Source of the DNA: Bacteroidota bacterium
GTDB taxonomy: Bacteria; Bacteroidota; Bacteroidia; Bacteroidales; WCHB1-69
Reading direction: 5' to 3'
Assembly (NCBI GenBank): GCA_022708105.1
Contig: JAKIZI010000001.1
Span: forward strand, 16,942-80,941
Length of the DNA: 64,000 nucleotides
This document shows positions 19,521 through 28,844 of the stretch, one piece after another. The first letter of the stretch is position 1. Each line of letters opens with the position of its first letter. The notes beneath the pieces were generated by a model that saw nothing but the letters and a program-made list of their open reading frames with translations, was not told the origin of the DNA and did no database searches. The position numbers were made by a program, and so were the translations under genes.

Positions 19521-20534
19521 ATGAATTTTCTTTCAAATTTTCGGACAAATTTTCATGAAATTTCATTTGCAGATCCATATTATTTCTTACTTTTATTAAT
19601 TATTATTCCAATCATTGGATGGCAAATATGGAAACGGCACAAGATACGACCAGGGATGTATATATCAACTACGCAATCTTTTGAAGGAAGCAAAAAGAGT
19701 TGGAAACAAAAATTTTCATGGCTCCCATTATTTTTCAGGATAATGGTTATCATCTGTATTGTTTTTGCTTTGGCACGGCCACAATCCCCACTCCGTCGGA
19801 ATCAAATTGATGTTGAAGGAGTTGATATCGTATTGGCACTTGATATTTCAGGAAGTATGAAAATGATGGATTTTACTCCAAACCGATTGGAAGCATCTAA
19901 AAAGGTCGCCATTGAATTTATTGAAGGACGTCCCAATGACCGAATCGGATTGGTCGTATATGCCGGAGAAGCCTATACTCAGTGTCCACTGACTTCAGAT
20001 CACAACACGTTATTAGGCCTATTAAAAAAAGTTACATTTGACATCGTAGAAGACGGAACTGCTATTGGAGATGGTTTAGGAACCGCTATCAATCGTTTAC
20101 GTGATAGCGAAGCTAAGAGCAAAATCATCATTTTACTTTCAGACGGAGTCAATAATGCCGGTTATCTTGACCCCTATTCATCAGCAGAAATGGCTAAAGA
20201 ATTTGGGATCAAAGTATACACTATCGGCTGCGGCACAAACAACGGACAAGCGCCATTTCCAACACCATTTGGCCCTGTTTATATGAAAACCGAGTTGGAT
20301 GAAAATTTATTGAGCACAATTGCACTTAATACAGGAGGAGAATATTTTAGAGCAACAAATAACCAAAAACTAAAAAACGTTTACACAGAAATAGATCAGA
20401 TGGAAAAGACAAAAATCAGTGAAACTGTATTTGAGAATAAAGCAGATGAATTTGCAATTTTCTTGATATTGGCATTAATTTTCATTTCCATAGAATTTCT
20501 TTTCCGATACAGAATTCTCCGGGGAGCTTGTTAA
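19521..20534 (+). CDS. batA: VWA domain-containing aerotolerance protein BatA
   Basis: Two N-terminal TM segments and a VWA domain with the MIDAS motif DISGSM...LLSDGVNN, plus a C-terminal TM. Confidence 0.75.
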   Translation: MNFLSNFRTNFHEISFADPYYFLLLLIIIPIIGWQIWKRHKIRPGMYISTTQSFEGSKKSWKQKFSWLPLFFRIMVIICIVFALARPQSPLRRNQIDVEGVDIVLALDISGSMKMMDFTPNRLEASKKVAIEFIEGRPNDRIGLVVYAGEAYTQCPLTSDHNTLLGLLKKVTFDIVEDGTAIGDGLGTAINRLRDSEAKSKIIILLSDGVNNAGYLDPYSSAEMAKEFGIKVYTIGCGTNNGQAPFPTPFGPVYMKTELDENLLSTIALNTGGEYFRATNNQKLKNVYTEIDQMEKTKISETVFENKADEFAIFLILALIFISIEFLFRYRILRGAC

Positions 20535-20548
20535 ATTAAAAAAAACTC

Positions 20549-20556
20549 TATTTTTG
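20549..20556 (+). promoter_or_regulatory. Bacteroidota -7 promoter box (TAnnTTTG)
   Basis: TATTTTTG lies 50 nt upstream of the ATG at 20607. Confidence 0.45.
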
Positions 20557-20606
20557 CATATTCATTTCCATTTAAAAAATATATTTATAGAATAGAAAAT
20601 AACACT

Positions 20607-21356
20607 ATGAAAAAACAGACATTCTTTATCTTATTCGCAATCTGCATGATTGGGCAAGTTTTTGTTTCTGCTCAAAATACAGGAAGTTACAAACAACCAC
20701 AACCAACACAAATTCAATCCAATCCAAATAATAACAAGAATGGCAGCATTGTTATTTTTGTAGCCCATCCTTCTTTAAAAGAATCCAAAGCGAATGCAGC
20801 ATTATTGACTGAAGCTCGTTTAATTCCATCCGTAAGAGTTGTTGATCTTTATATAAATCCTAAAAAAGATTTCAACCTTGAAGAACACACTCAAATTGTA
20901 AGTGAAGCATCTGCAATTGTGTTGCAATTTCCTTTTTATTTTGCATCTGCTCCTTCGCAAATGAAAAAATGGATAGACGAAGTTTTTTATACTTTTTCTC
21001 AAAAAGAGATTATTCGGGACAAACCATTATTGGTTGTAACTACTACCGGTTCTGAAGAGAGTGCATACAGGTCCGGAGGTAGAAATATGTTCACTATGGA
21101 CGAACTATTGCGTCCTTACCAACTTATGACCACCTATTCGGGAATGGAATGGAGAACTCCTTTTGTAGTTTATGGTATGTCCACAGAGCAAGCTGATGAA
21201 AATTTAGCTACTGCATGTAAGCAATATAAAGAAGTCCTTCTTTCTTTATTAACCACACAACGCTCAACACTTGTTCGGCCGGCAAAAAAAACTGTTCCGA
21301 AATTAAGTGCTCCTAAAGATAGAGAATTGACTCCGGAGAAACGGAGTATTAATTAA
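20607..21356 (+). CDS. flavodoxin-like fold NAD(P)H oxidoreductase homologue (YwrO/KefG-like) with N-terminal signal peptide
   Basis: The core IVIFVAHPSLKESKANAALL...IVLQFPFYFASAPSQMKKWIDEVF...TTTGSEESAYRSGGRNMFTMDELLRPY matches the Flavodoxin_2 family. It is preceded by MKKQTFFILFAICMIGQVFVSAQ and a Q/P/N-rich linker. Confidence 0.6.
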   Translation: MKKQTFFILFAICMIGQVFVSAQNTGSYKQPQPTQIQSNPNNNKNGSIVIFVAHPSLKESKANAALLTEARLIPSVRVVDLYINPKKDFNLEEHTQIVSEASAIVLQFPFYFASAPSQMKKWIDEVFYTFSQKEIIRDKPLLVVTTTGSEESAYRSGGRNMFTMDELLRPYQLMTTYSGMEWRTPFVVYGMSTEQADENLATACKQYKEVLLSLLTTQRSTLVRPAKKTVPKLSAPKDRELTPEKRSIN

Positions 21357-21362
21357 TCTTGA

Positions 21363-22295
21363 TTATTTGCGATAAGAGTCTACATGCCTCTTTTTCTTCT
21401 CATCATAAATGTCACGAATTGTGATTAGAATTGCAATTTCTTCGACTTCTCCAAACTCTTTATTGGCGGATGCTCCGAAATATTGCATGGTGGGTGACAA
21501 AGATATATAAGTTTTGATTAAAGGAGGAATTGTCTCTTTCAAATCGCGAATATTTTTATTCAGAAGTTTAAAATCTTCAGCTAAAGAATTATTAAAAAAA
21601 GCTTTAACTCCTCTTTTTTCCCGCTCAAGAGAAACCGGTTCAAAAGGTGCAACTAAAGATTCATCTCCTTTGAAGTGCCTTTCAAGAAAATTAAGAATCA
21701 TATTTCTGGCCATACGATTATAACTATCATACATCGTCATTTTACCAAAGAAATAATCCATTTCGGGATAATCTACAATGAGCGTTCCTAAGCCGTCCCA
21801 AATATTATCAAGCGAAAAGAGTCCCAATCGGAGACTAACGGTAGCCTGGTATTTGGGTTGAACAAAACTTCTGCCCAATTCGATTGTTTTTTGCCATTGA
21901 TTTTGAATAAACTGAGGCGAAAAATTAAACAATTTAGACGTTGGGGTATGTGGATACCCATTTTCATCCAACGGCACATCTTTTCCAAGAATAAACCGGT
22001 AGGCACTGATGAGTTCTTCATTTTCCTCATCCCAAACGATTAGTTGTTTAAATGGTACTGGAGCCGTATCATAATCATCAATATCCACATCATTCCCTGT
22101 TCCGCCACCGGCCATACGAAAAGTATATTCTCTCAACCGGCCTATTTCAAGCATTACATTGGGAGAATTGTGGGCATCAATCATATAGATGACATTTTCA
22201 CCCGCATTGGTTCTCCGCAGCATTTTATCTTTAGTAAGTTCAGCCCTAAGCAGTTTTCTGTCAACCGGTTCAATTATGTTCTTCATGTATCTCAA
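21363..22295 (-). CDS. GNAT-fold N-acyltransferase, OlsB/GlsB-like (N-acyl amino acid synthase)
   Basis: About 310 aa with the hemolysin-like/OlsB pattern (AHNSPNVMLEIGRLREYTFR, AYRFILG, ELGRSFV). Lies 3 nt downstream of a PlsC-family acyltransferase on the same strand. Confidence 0.55.
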   Translation of the reverse strand: MRYMKNIIEPVDRKLLRAELTKDKMLRRTNAGENVIYMIDAHNSPNVMLEIGRLREYTFRMAGGGTGNDVDIDDYDTAPVPFKQLIVWDEENEELISAYRFILGKDVPLDENGYPHTPTSKLFNFSPQFIQNQWQKTIELGRSFVQPKYQATVSLRLGLFSLDNIWDGLGTLIVDYPEMDYFFGKMTMYDSYNRMARNMILNFLERHFKGDESLVAPFEPVSLEREKRGVKAFFNNSLAEDFKLLNKNIRDLKETIPPLIKTYISLSPTMQYFGASANKEFGEVEEIAILITIRDIYDEKKKRHVDSYRK

Positions 22296-22298
22296 TAT

Positions 22299-23099
22299 TT
22301 ATTTAAGTGCATAAACTTGTTCTTTTAACCACGCTGCCCATTGACGATCATTTTTAGAAGAATCAAAAGTTTGATACGAAATCGGCTCTCCGAATTTAAT
22401 ATCAAAAGTTTTACCTCTATGTCTAAACATTTCATCTGGTAAAAATAACATTTCTATATTAAATTTCAAGCCTATTTTCTTTCTAAAATTAGCTAAATTA
22501 TAAAATCGAGCAGAATTTTCACCTTTAAAGTGAACAGGAATGATATCTCGTTGATATTGCTTTGCTTTTGTAATAACCGTTTTCTTCCATTCCAAATCAC
22601 AAATAACGCCATTTTGTCTTCTGGAGCACAATCCGGCGGGGAAATAAAATATCAATTCATCCGAGGCAAAAACTTCATTAAGCTGTTTTACCGCTTCTTG
22701 ACTATTTTGTCCATGTTTATTTATTGGAATAAAAACTTCTTTCAATTGATCAAAACTTAAAAGGATATCATTCACCGGAAACTTGATATCATTACGATAC
22801 TGTCCTACAACGGAAATAAGTGCAATACCATCGAATCCTCCTAAAGGATGATTAGACACGACAATATATCTTCCGGTGCGCGGGATATTTTCTTCCTGAA
22901 TAATATTGACATTCACATCAAAAGATTTCAAAAAATTTTGAGCAAACTTTATTGATGATTCTCCCTGATGCTGCGAAAGATATTGATTCATCTCTTTTTG
23001 ATGGATAATACGTTCAATCCATTTTATTACAAAAGAGGGCAACCATTTATGCAGTTTTGGATTTTTTTGTTTTAAAGTTGCATCAACATCTAAATACAT
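22299..23099 (-). CDS. lysophospholipid (PlsC-family) acyltransferase, OlsA/GlsA-like
   Basis: Acyltransferase HX4D-type motif region VVSNHPLGGFDG and FPAGLCSR. Confidence 0.6.
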   Translation of the reverse strand: MYLDVDATLKQKNPKLHKWLPSFVIKWIERIIHQKEMNQYLSQHQGESSIKFAQNFLKSFDVNVNIIQEENIPRTGRYIVVSNHPLGGFDGIALISVVGQYRNDIKFPVNDILLSFDQLKEVFIPINKHGQNSQEAVKQLNEVFASDELIFYFPAGLCSRRQNGVICDLEWKKTVITKAKQYQRDIIPVHFKGENSARFYNLANFRKKIGLKFNIEMLFLPDEMFRHRGKTFDIKFGEPISYQTFDSSKNDRQWAAWLKEQVYALK

Positions 23100-23240
23100 T
23101 ATAATCTTATTTTCAAGGTAATTTTAATACTCTTAACTTTTATTATGAATTTAACTTGCAAAAATATAAAAAATTAACATAAACCTCTTCAAGTATGCGA
23201 ATAATTTCGGGTTTATTTAAAAAAAATGTATTTTTGCGTT

Positions 23241-24143
23241 ATGAAAAAAAACATAGTCATCGTTGGATTATTAATTACACTCTTTTCCTTGGATGTAATG
23301 GGGCAAGATAAGGGGAAAAGCACTACTGAACACAAAATCAGCAATCAGGGAGTTGATTTTTATATAAGCGGAGGCGTATTTTTCGGAAATAAATATACAG
23401 CAGCTTACTATAACGGTGCTCCGTTCAATGAAAATAACTTATCTTATATTTTTGATAATTATTCCTGGAAACAATCGATAGATAATTTGATTACCCGTAA
23501 TAATCATTTTATTTCAAGCAGTGATCCCAAAATTAAGTTACATGAATATCCTACAAATGTAAAATATACTCCTGCATTTTCTATTCAATTAGCTGCTAAA
23601 TATCGTTTTAATAAGCATTGGGGAATTTCACTCTCCTATTCTTTTGCCAGATTAAAAGCCCAAGACATCTTTACGGTTTCATACAATAAAGTAACAACAG
23701 GAAACGATATCCCCGATTATCTCTATTATGACATCGTTGCAGAAGAGAATCGTTCTTTTTTTGATTTATCTGCAATATACCTTTTTGAAACCAAAAGTAT
23801 TGTAAAACCGTTTATTGAAATTGGAGCTCAATTCAACTTTGTGCGGGTAAAAAGTTTTGATGCTATTATTGAAGGACAAGATTTTTCATTACTCGATATT
23901 TATGGAGGAAGCACTTATGTTGCCAACTCGAATATGCAGACATTTAACACCAAATACGGGGGCCCCGGATTCGGATTTTCCGGAGCATTTGGTCTTAAAT
24001 TGGCATTCAATCAATATGTATCTCTGGATCCTGCTTTTTATGTGGCCGTAACTCGATTGGGACTCAAGGGATATTCCGATTTTGCATTCAATTATGGACT
24101 GATGGTCAGGATTGTAATGAATGATTCTTTTTTTTCAAAATAA
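23241..24143 (+). CDS. hypothetical secreted/outer-membrane protein
   Basis: Signal peptide MKKNIVIVGLLITLFSLDVMGQ and alternating beta-like pattern. No recognised motif. Confidence 0.35.
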   Translation: MKKNIVIVGLLITLFSLDVMGQDKGKSTTEHKISNQGVDFYISGGVFFGNKYTAAYYNGAPFNENNLSYIFDNYSWKQSIDNLITRNNHFISSSDPKIKLHEYPTNVKYTPAFSIQLAAKYRFNKHWGISLSYSFARLKAQDIFTVSYNKVTTGNDIPDYLYYDIVAEENRSFFDLSAIYLFETKSIVKPFIEIGAQFNFVRVKSFDAIIEGQDFSLLDIYGGSTYVANSNMQTFNTKYGGPGFGFSGAFGLKLAFNQYVSLDPAFYVAVTRLGLKGYSDFAFNYGLMVRIVMNDSFFSK

Positions 24144-24176
24144 TTTTTTTTCATTTAATAATTTAAAAATAAATTG

Positions 24177-24184
24177 TATCTTTG
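24177..24184 (+). promoter_or_regulatory. Bacteroidota -7 promoter box (TAnnTTTG) for rho
   Basis: TATCTTTG lies 122 nt upstream of the rho ATG, which implies a long leader. Confidence 0.45.
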
Positions 24185-24306
24185 CGGCGTAGTTTTTTTC
24201 ACATCTTATACAAACTACGAATTGGATTTCATAATTGATTTCACATTGAAAACATCTTTTACAATTAATAATTAACATTTTTCATTCATTTTTATTTATT
24301 ATCATT

Positions 24307-26100
24307 ATGCTGAATTCATCTGAACAAAAGCCTAAGAGAAAGAGAATTAGTATATCTCAGAATACTCCTGTAGCTACATCTAACGAACAAAAAATTGCAG
24401 ATGGCGTTGTCTCCAATGGAAATAAGGAAAATACAACCATAAAGAAAAAAAACAAAAAAAACTCTGATAAGAAAACCGGGAAAGAAAAAGCAGAACTTTT
24501 ATTTTCTGAAGATGTAAATTCAAAAAAAATATCAATAGAATATGTTCATGAATTGCAAGAAGAGTTCAATCCTAAATTAATTGTGGAGGATCAATCAAAA
24601 GAAATAAAAGAAGAGGAAGCTCTTATCAATAAGGAAATGACAAATTCTGCAAGAGAAGAAGAAAAAAGTTTTCAGCCAAAAAATCCCAAAGAACGAATCA
24701 AGAAAAAAAACAACAAAAATAGCACCATTCTGCAAGAGGAAGATATCGAATTAGAGAAGCAAAAATCACTTGAATTAATAAATAACACTTTACTTGATGA
24801 TGAAACTCTTATATTGATTTCTCAAGAAAACACAACAGAAGAGACTCTTGATTTGCTCAGTGAACCACATCCGGCCACAGATCAATTGACTGCTGATGAA
24901 CAAAATGCAATGGAAGCAGCCGCAGCAGAAAAAGTTCCTTCAATTTTAGCCGAACAATGGAGACTTGTTGCAGAAGCTACTTTTGAAGGCGAAATTACTG
25001 CAGAAGGCGTTTTAGAGATATCTCATGATAATTGCGGCTTTCTAAGATCTTCCGATTACAACTATCTCAATTCTCCTGATGACATCTATGTTTCTATGTC
25101 ACAAATTAAATTATTCGGACTGAAAAACGGAGATACTATTCAAGGAATCATACGTCCCCCAAAAGAGGGAGAAAAGTTTTTTCCTTTAATAAAAGTACAA
25201 AAAATCAACGGCCGTCTTCCCGAAGAGATTCGTGACAGAATTCCGTTTGACTATCTCACTCCGATGTTTCCAGATCAAAAGATTAAGTTAACAGGGCATG
25301 GAAATGAAACTTTAAGCACACGTGTTATAGATCTCTTTTCTCCGATTGGAAAAGGACAGCGCGGGTTAATTGTAGCACAGCCTAAAACCGGGAAGACCGT
25401 TCTTTTAAAAGAGATTGCGAATGCCATTGCAGCCAATCATCCGGAAATATATCTTATTATTTTATTGATAGATGAGCGTCCTGAAGAGGTAACCGATATG
25501 CAGCGGGATGTAAAAGCGGAAGTAATCTCTTCAACATTTGATGAACCTGCAGAACGTCATGTCAGAATTGCAAATATTGTTTTGGAAAAGGCCAAAAGAA
25601 TGGTCGAATGTGGACGTGATGTTTGCATCCTTTTAGATTCCATTACACGTTTGGCAAGGGCATTTAATACCATTGCTCCTGCATCTGGAAAAGTTCTTTC
25701 CGGAGGTGTCGAAGCCAATGCTCTTCAAAAACCAAAACGTTTTTTCGGAGCTGCAAGAAATATTGAAAATGGTGGTTCCCTAACCATAATATCAACTGCA
25801 CTTATCGAAACGGGTTCCAGAATGGATGAAGTTATTTTTGAAGAATTTAAAGGGACTGGTAATATGGAACTTCAATTAGATCGTAAATTATCCAATAAAC
25901 GAATTTATCCTGCCGTGGATATTGTAGCCTCCAGTACTCGACGAGATGATTTATTGCATAATGCTGAAATATTACGAAAAATATGGATTCTTCGCAATCA
26001 TTTGGCAGATATGACTCCTATTGAAGCCATGACCTTTATTAAAGATAAGATGAGTTTGACCAAAACAAATGAAGAATTTCTCATTTCGATGAACGGTTAA
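24307..26100 (+). CDS. rho: transcription termination factor Rho with about 215-aa Lys/Glu/Asn-rich N-terminal extension
   Basis: RNA-binding CSD region ([15 protein letters not shown]...[17 protein letters not shown]), Walker A (QPKTGKT), [33 protein letters not shown]. Confidence 0.9.
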   Translation: MLNSSEQKPKRKRISISQNTPVATSNEQKIADGVVSNGNKENTTIKKKNKKNSDKKTGKEKAELLFSEDVNSKKISIEYVHELQEEFNPKLIVEDQSKEIKEEEALINKEMTNSAREEEKSFQPKNPKERIKKKNNKNSTILQEEDIELEKQKSLELINNTLLDDETLILISQENTTEETLDLLSEPHPATDQLTADEQNAMEAAAAEKVPSILAEQWRLVAEATFEGEITAEGVLEISHDNCGFLRSSDYNYLNSPDDIYVSMSQIKLFGLKNGDTIQGIIRPPKEGEKFFPLIKVQKINGRLPEEIRDRIPFDYLTPMFPDQKIKLTGHGNETLSTRVIDLFSPIGKGQRGLIVAQPKTGKTVLLKEIANAIAANHPEIYLIILLIDERPEEVTDMQRDVKAEVISSTFDEPAERHVRIANIVLEKAKRMVECGRDVCILLDSITRLARAFNTIAPASGKVLSGGVEANALQKPKRFFGAARNIENGGSLTIISTALIETGSRMDEVIFEEFKGTGNMELQLDRKLSNKRIYPAVDIVASSTRRDDLLHNAEILRKIWILRNHLADMTPIEAMTFIKDKMSLTKTNEEFLISMNG

Positions 26101-26138
26101 AAAACAGCGTTTCAATTTCTATTTTGTAAAAAAACGTG

Positions 26139-26146
26139 TATCTTTG
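26139..26146 (+). promoter_or_regulatory. Bacteroidota -7 promoter box (TAnnTTTG)
   Basis: TATCTTTG lies 16 nt upstream of the ATG at 26163. A TTTG lies about 13 nt further upstream. Confidence 0.5.
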
Positions 26147-26162
26147 CAAAAATTATTTTTAA

Positions 26163-27410
26163 ATGGATTTAATTGCAATCAAACAACGTTTTGGTATTAT
26201 CGGGCACAATGAGGTGCTTGATCACGCAATTGAAATTGCTGTACAAGTAGCCGTTACGGATCTATCTGTATTGATTACAGGAGAAAGTGGCGTCGGAAAA
26301 GATAATTTTTCAAAAATTATTCATCAATATAGCAAATATAAACACGGAGAATATATTGCAGTTAATTGTGGCGCCATCCCTGAAGGAACTATTGATTCCG
26401 AACTTTTCGGTCATGAGAAAGGGGCATTTACAGGAGCCACCGAAGCAAGAAAAGGGTACTTTGAAGTCGCCAATCATGGTACTATTTTTTTGGATGAAAT
26501 TGCAGATTTACCTTTGGGAACTCAAGCACGTTTGTTAAGAGTTCTAGAAAATGGAGAATTTATAAGGGTTGGGTCTTCTAAAGTTTCTACTACAAAGGTC
26601 AGAGTGATTGCAGCCACCAATGTCAATCTGGCACATAAAATTGCAGCCGGAAAATTTAGAGCCGATCTTTATTACAGATTAAACTCGGTTCCAATTTATC
26701 TCCCGCCGTTACGTGAACGCAAAGAAGATATCTTCCTCTTATTTACTAAATTTGCTTCCGATTTTTCCGAGAAGTATCAAGTTCCGCCCATTCAACTTAC
26801 ACCCAATGCGGTTGAATTTCTTAGCAACCATAACTGGCCGGGAAATATTAGAGAATTAAAAAATATTACGAAACAAATTTCCATTCTTGAGAAGAATCGA
26901 ATTATTGATAAAGTAACTCTTTCCAAGTATATTGAAAAAAATAATTTATCCGGTCTTCCCATGCTTATGCAAAAAGATGAGGAAAAAAATGAACATTTTG
27001 AACGGGAAATCATCTATAAGTTTCTAATTGATTTGAAAAGAGAGATAACAGAACTCAAAATGCAGGTCAATAAAATCATGAACAAAGAAGACGATGCCTC
27101 GAAAATTAAAGAATCCAATATTCAAAGACAAATAGGTAGTTTTCCAATAGATGATTTTCACACGGATCCAATAGAAACTTATAAAATTATCGAAAAGGAT
27201 AATTTATTTAAACCAAAAGAAAGAGAAGATAACGTTCCCTTTATTGATGAATCTATCGTTATTGAGGACAATTTTTCTTTGATAGAATCGGAAAAAGAAA
27301 TGATTAGAAAAGCATTAGATAAATATGGCAGCAAAAGAAAAGATGCTGCTAAAGAGTTGGGAATTTCTGAAAGAACCTTATATCGCAAAATTAAAGAATA
27401 CAATTTATAA
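26163..27410 (+). CDS. sigma-54-dependent transcriptional activator (AAA+ plus Fis-type HTH, no receiver/sensor domain)
   Basis: GESGVGKD Walker A about 40 aa from the N-terminus, GAFTGA loop (EKGAFTGA), FLDEI, NIRELKN, and C-terminal HTH AAKELGISERTLYRKIKEY. Confidence 0.85.
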   Translation: MDLIAIKQRFGIIGHNEVLDHAIEIAVQVAVTDLSVLITGESGVGKDNFSKIIHQYSKYKHGEYIAVNCGAIPEGTIDSELFGHEKGAFTGATEARKGYFEVANHGTIFLDEIADLPLGTQARLLRVLENGEFIRVGSSKVSTTKVRVIAATNVNLAHKIAAGKFRADLYYRLNSVPIYLPPLRERKEDIFLLFTKFASDFSEKYQVPPIQLTPNAVEFLSNHNWPGNIRELKNITKQISILEKNRIIDKVTLSKYIEKNNLSGLPMLMQKDEEKNEHFEREIIYKFLIDLKREITELKMQVNKIMNKEDDASKIKESNIQRQIGSFPIDDFHTDPIETYKIIEKDNLFKPKEREDNVPFIDESIVIEDNFSLIESEKEMIRKALDKYGSKRKDAAKELGISERTLYRKIKEYNL

Positions 27411-27413
27411 ACC

Positions 27414-27941
27414 ATGAAGGAACCATTAATTCGCTTGCATTCGCTAATACAGGGCTCCATATTCCTTGTCTTGTTGCTTCTTTCTGCATGCAAAATGTCG
27501 GTTTCTTTAACAGGCGGGGATATTCATCCAAATGCGAAGACGGTATCAGTAGCCACTTTTGTAAATAATGCCACTCTTGTTAATCCAACGCTAAGTCAGG
27601 ATTTCACTACTGCACTCAAAGACATGATTCAACGCCAAACGCCCCTAAACATCGTTAATCGTTCCGGAGATTATACTTTTGAAGGAGAAATTACAGCTTA
27701 TACCATTTCACCCGTTGCCATCCAAGGAAATGAAACTGCTGCTATGAATAGATTATCCATTTCGGTAAATGTTCGATTTTATAACAAATTTGATGAAAAC
27801 AAAAACTTTGAACAAACGTTCAGCCGCTACGTGGACTATCCAAGCAGTCAAAATTTCACATCTATTGAAAGTTCATTGGTTGCACAAATTAATGAAGCAA
27901 TAACAGATGATATTTTTAATAAAGCATTCGTCAATTGGTAA
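27414..27941 (+). CDS. LptE-like LPS-assembly lipoprotein
   Basis: Lipobox LLSAC. Size and pattern (KTVSVATFVNNA...[16 protein letters not shown]...RLSISVNVRF) resemble the LptE family. Confidence 0.5.
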   Translation: MKEPLIRLHSLIQGSIFLVLLLLSACKMSVSLTGGDIHPNAKTVSVATFVNNATLVNPTLSQDFTTALKDMIQRQTPLNIVNRSGDYTFEGEITAYTISPVAIQGNETAAMNRLSISVNVRFYNKFDENKNFEQTFSRYVDYPSSQNFTSIESSLVAQINEAITDDIFNKAFVNW

Positions 27942-27959
27942 TCATACAAGTTCGTCAAT

Positions 27960-28529
27960 ATGAATTCAATCAAAACATTTTTTTCAGGTTCTGTAACCAA
28001 CTTTAATCCGCAGAAGGTGGAAATAGAGCAGTTAAAACTTCTCCGGGAACATTATCCGGCCTCCGGGTTAGTTGTTTTTTTATATGCTCAAGCATTGAAA
28101 AATCTCCTACCTGAAGAATATAATTTGCTCAAATCAAAATTATTACTTTCCATACTTGATCGAAAAAAATACCAACATTATAAAATAATCCCCCAAGAAG
28201 AATCTCGCAATGCTATTCCTGAAAAAACGAAAACTCCACAACCTCAACCCGAAAAAGAGATTATCATTGACGGACTCATAGAAAAATTTTCTGCTGACCC
28301 ACCAAAGATTCGTTTTAATCCCGAAATTCATGATGACAGTATTAACTATGGAAAGGCCAGTTGTGTAGAGAATCCTGAGATTATTTCTGAAACTTTGGCA
28401 AAAATTTATGCAGAACAAGGATATACCGGAAAAGCTATAAAAATATATAAAAAATTGGCCTTGCAAAATCCGGAAAAAAGTTGTTACTTTGCAGACCAAA
28501 TTAATAAACTCAAGACAGTAAAAAAATAA
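27960..28529 (+). CDS. hypothetical protein with one TPR-like C-terminal motif
   Basis: [31 protein letters not shown]. In-line with the flanking genes (18-19 nt gaps). Confidence 0.4.
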   Translation: MNSIKTFFSGSVTNFNPQKVEIEQLKLLREHYPASGLVVFLYAQALKNLLPEEYNLLKSKLLLSILDRKKYQHYKIIPQEESRNAIPEKTKTPQPQPEKEIIIDGLIEKFSADPPKIRFNPEIHDDSINYGKASCVENPEIISETLAKIYAEQGYTGKAIKIYKKLALQNPEKSCYFADQINKLKTVKK

Positions 28530-28548
28530 TCATTAAAAACACTGAAAA

Positions 28549-28827
28549 ATGTTTGTATTTATAGTAGTTATAATCATTTTAGCTTGTATCGTTTTAGGTT
28601 TCTTTGTTCTAATTCAAGATTCAAAAGGCGGGGGCTTAGCTTCTAATTTTGCCTCTTCCAATCAAATAATGGGGGTTCGTAAAACTACTGACTTTTTGGA
28701 AAAAGCCACGTGGGGATTGGCAACCGGAATCATTATTCTCTGTTTAGTTTGTGCTTTTATGACTAAATCAGAATTTACAAAAGAAGAACCTGCTGCTGAA
28801 CCCGAAACAGAACAAACCGATCTTTAA
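28549..28827 (+). CDS. secG: preprotein translocase subunit SecG
   Basis: 92 aa with 2 TM segments and the characteristic LIQDSKGGGLASNF motif after TM1. Confidence 0.7.
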   Translation: MFVFIVVIIILACIVLGFFVLIQDSKGGGLASNFASSNQIMGVRKTTDFLEKATWGLATGIIILCLVCAFMTKSEFTKEEPAAEPETEQTDL

Positions 28828-28844
28828 TAATTTCTTCTAGTTTA

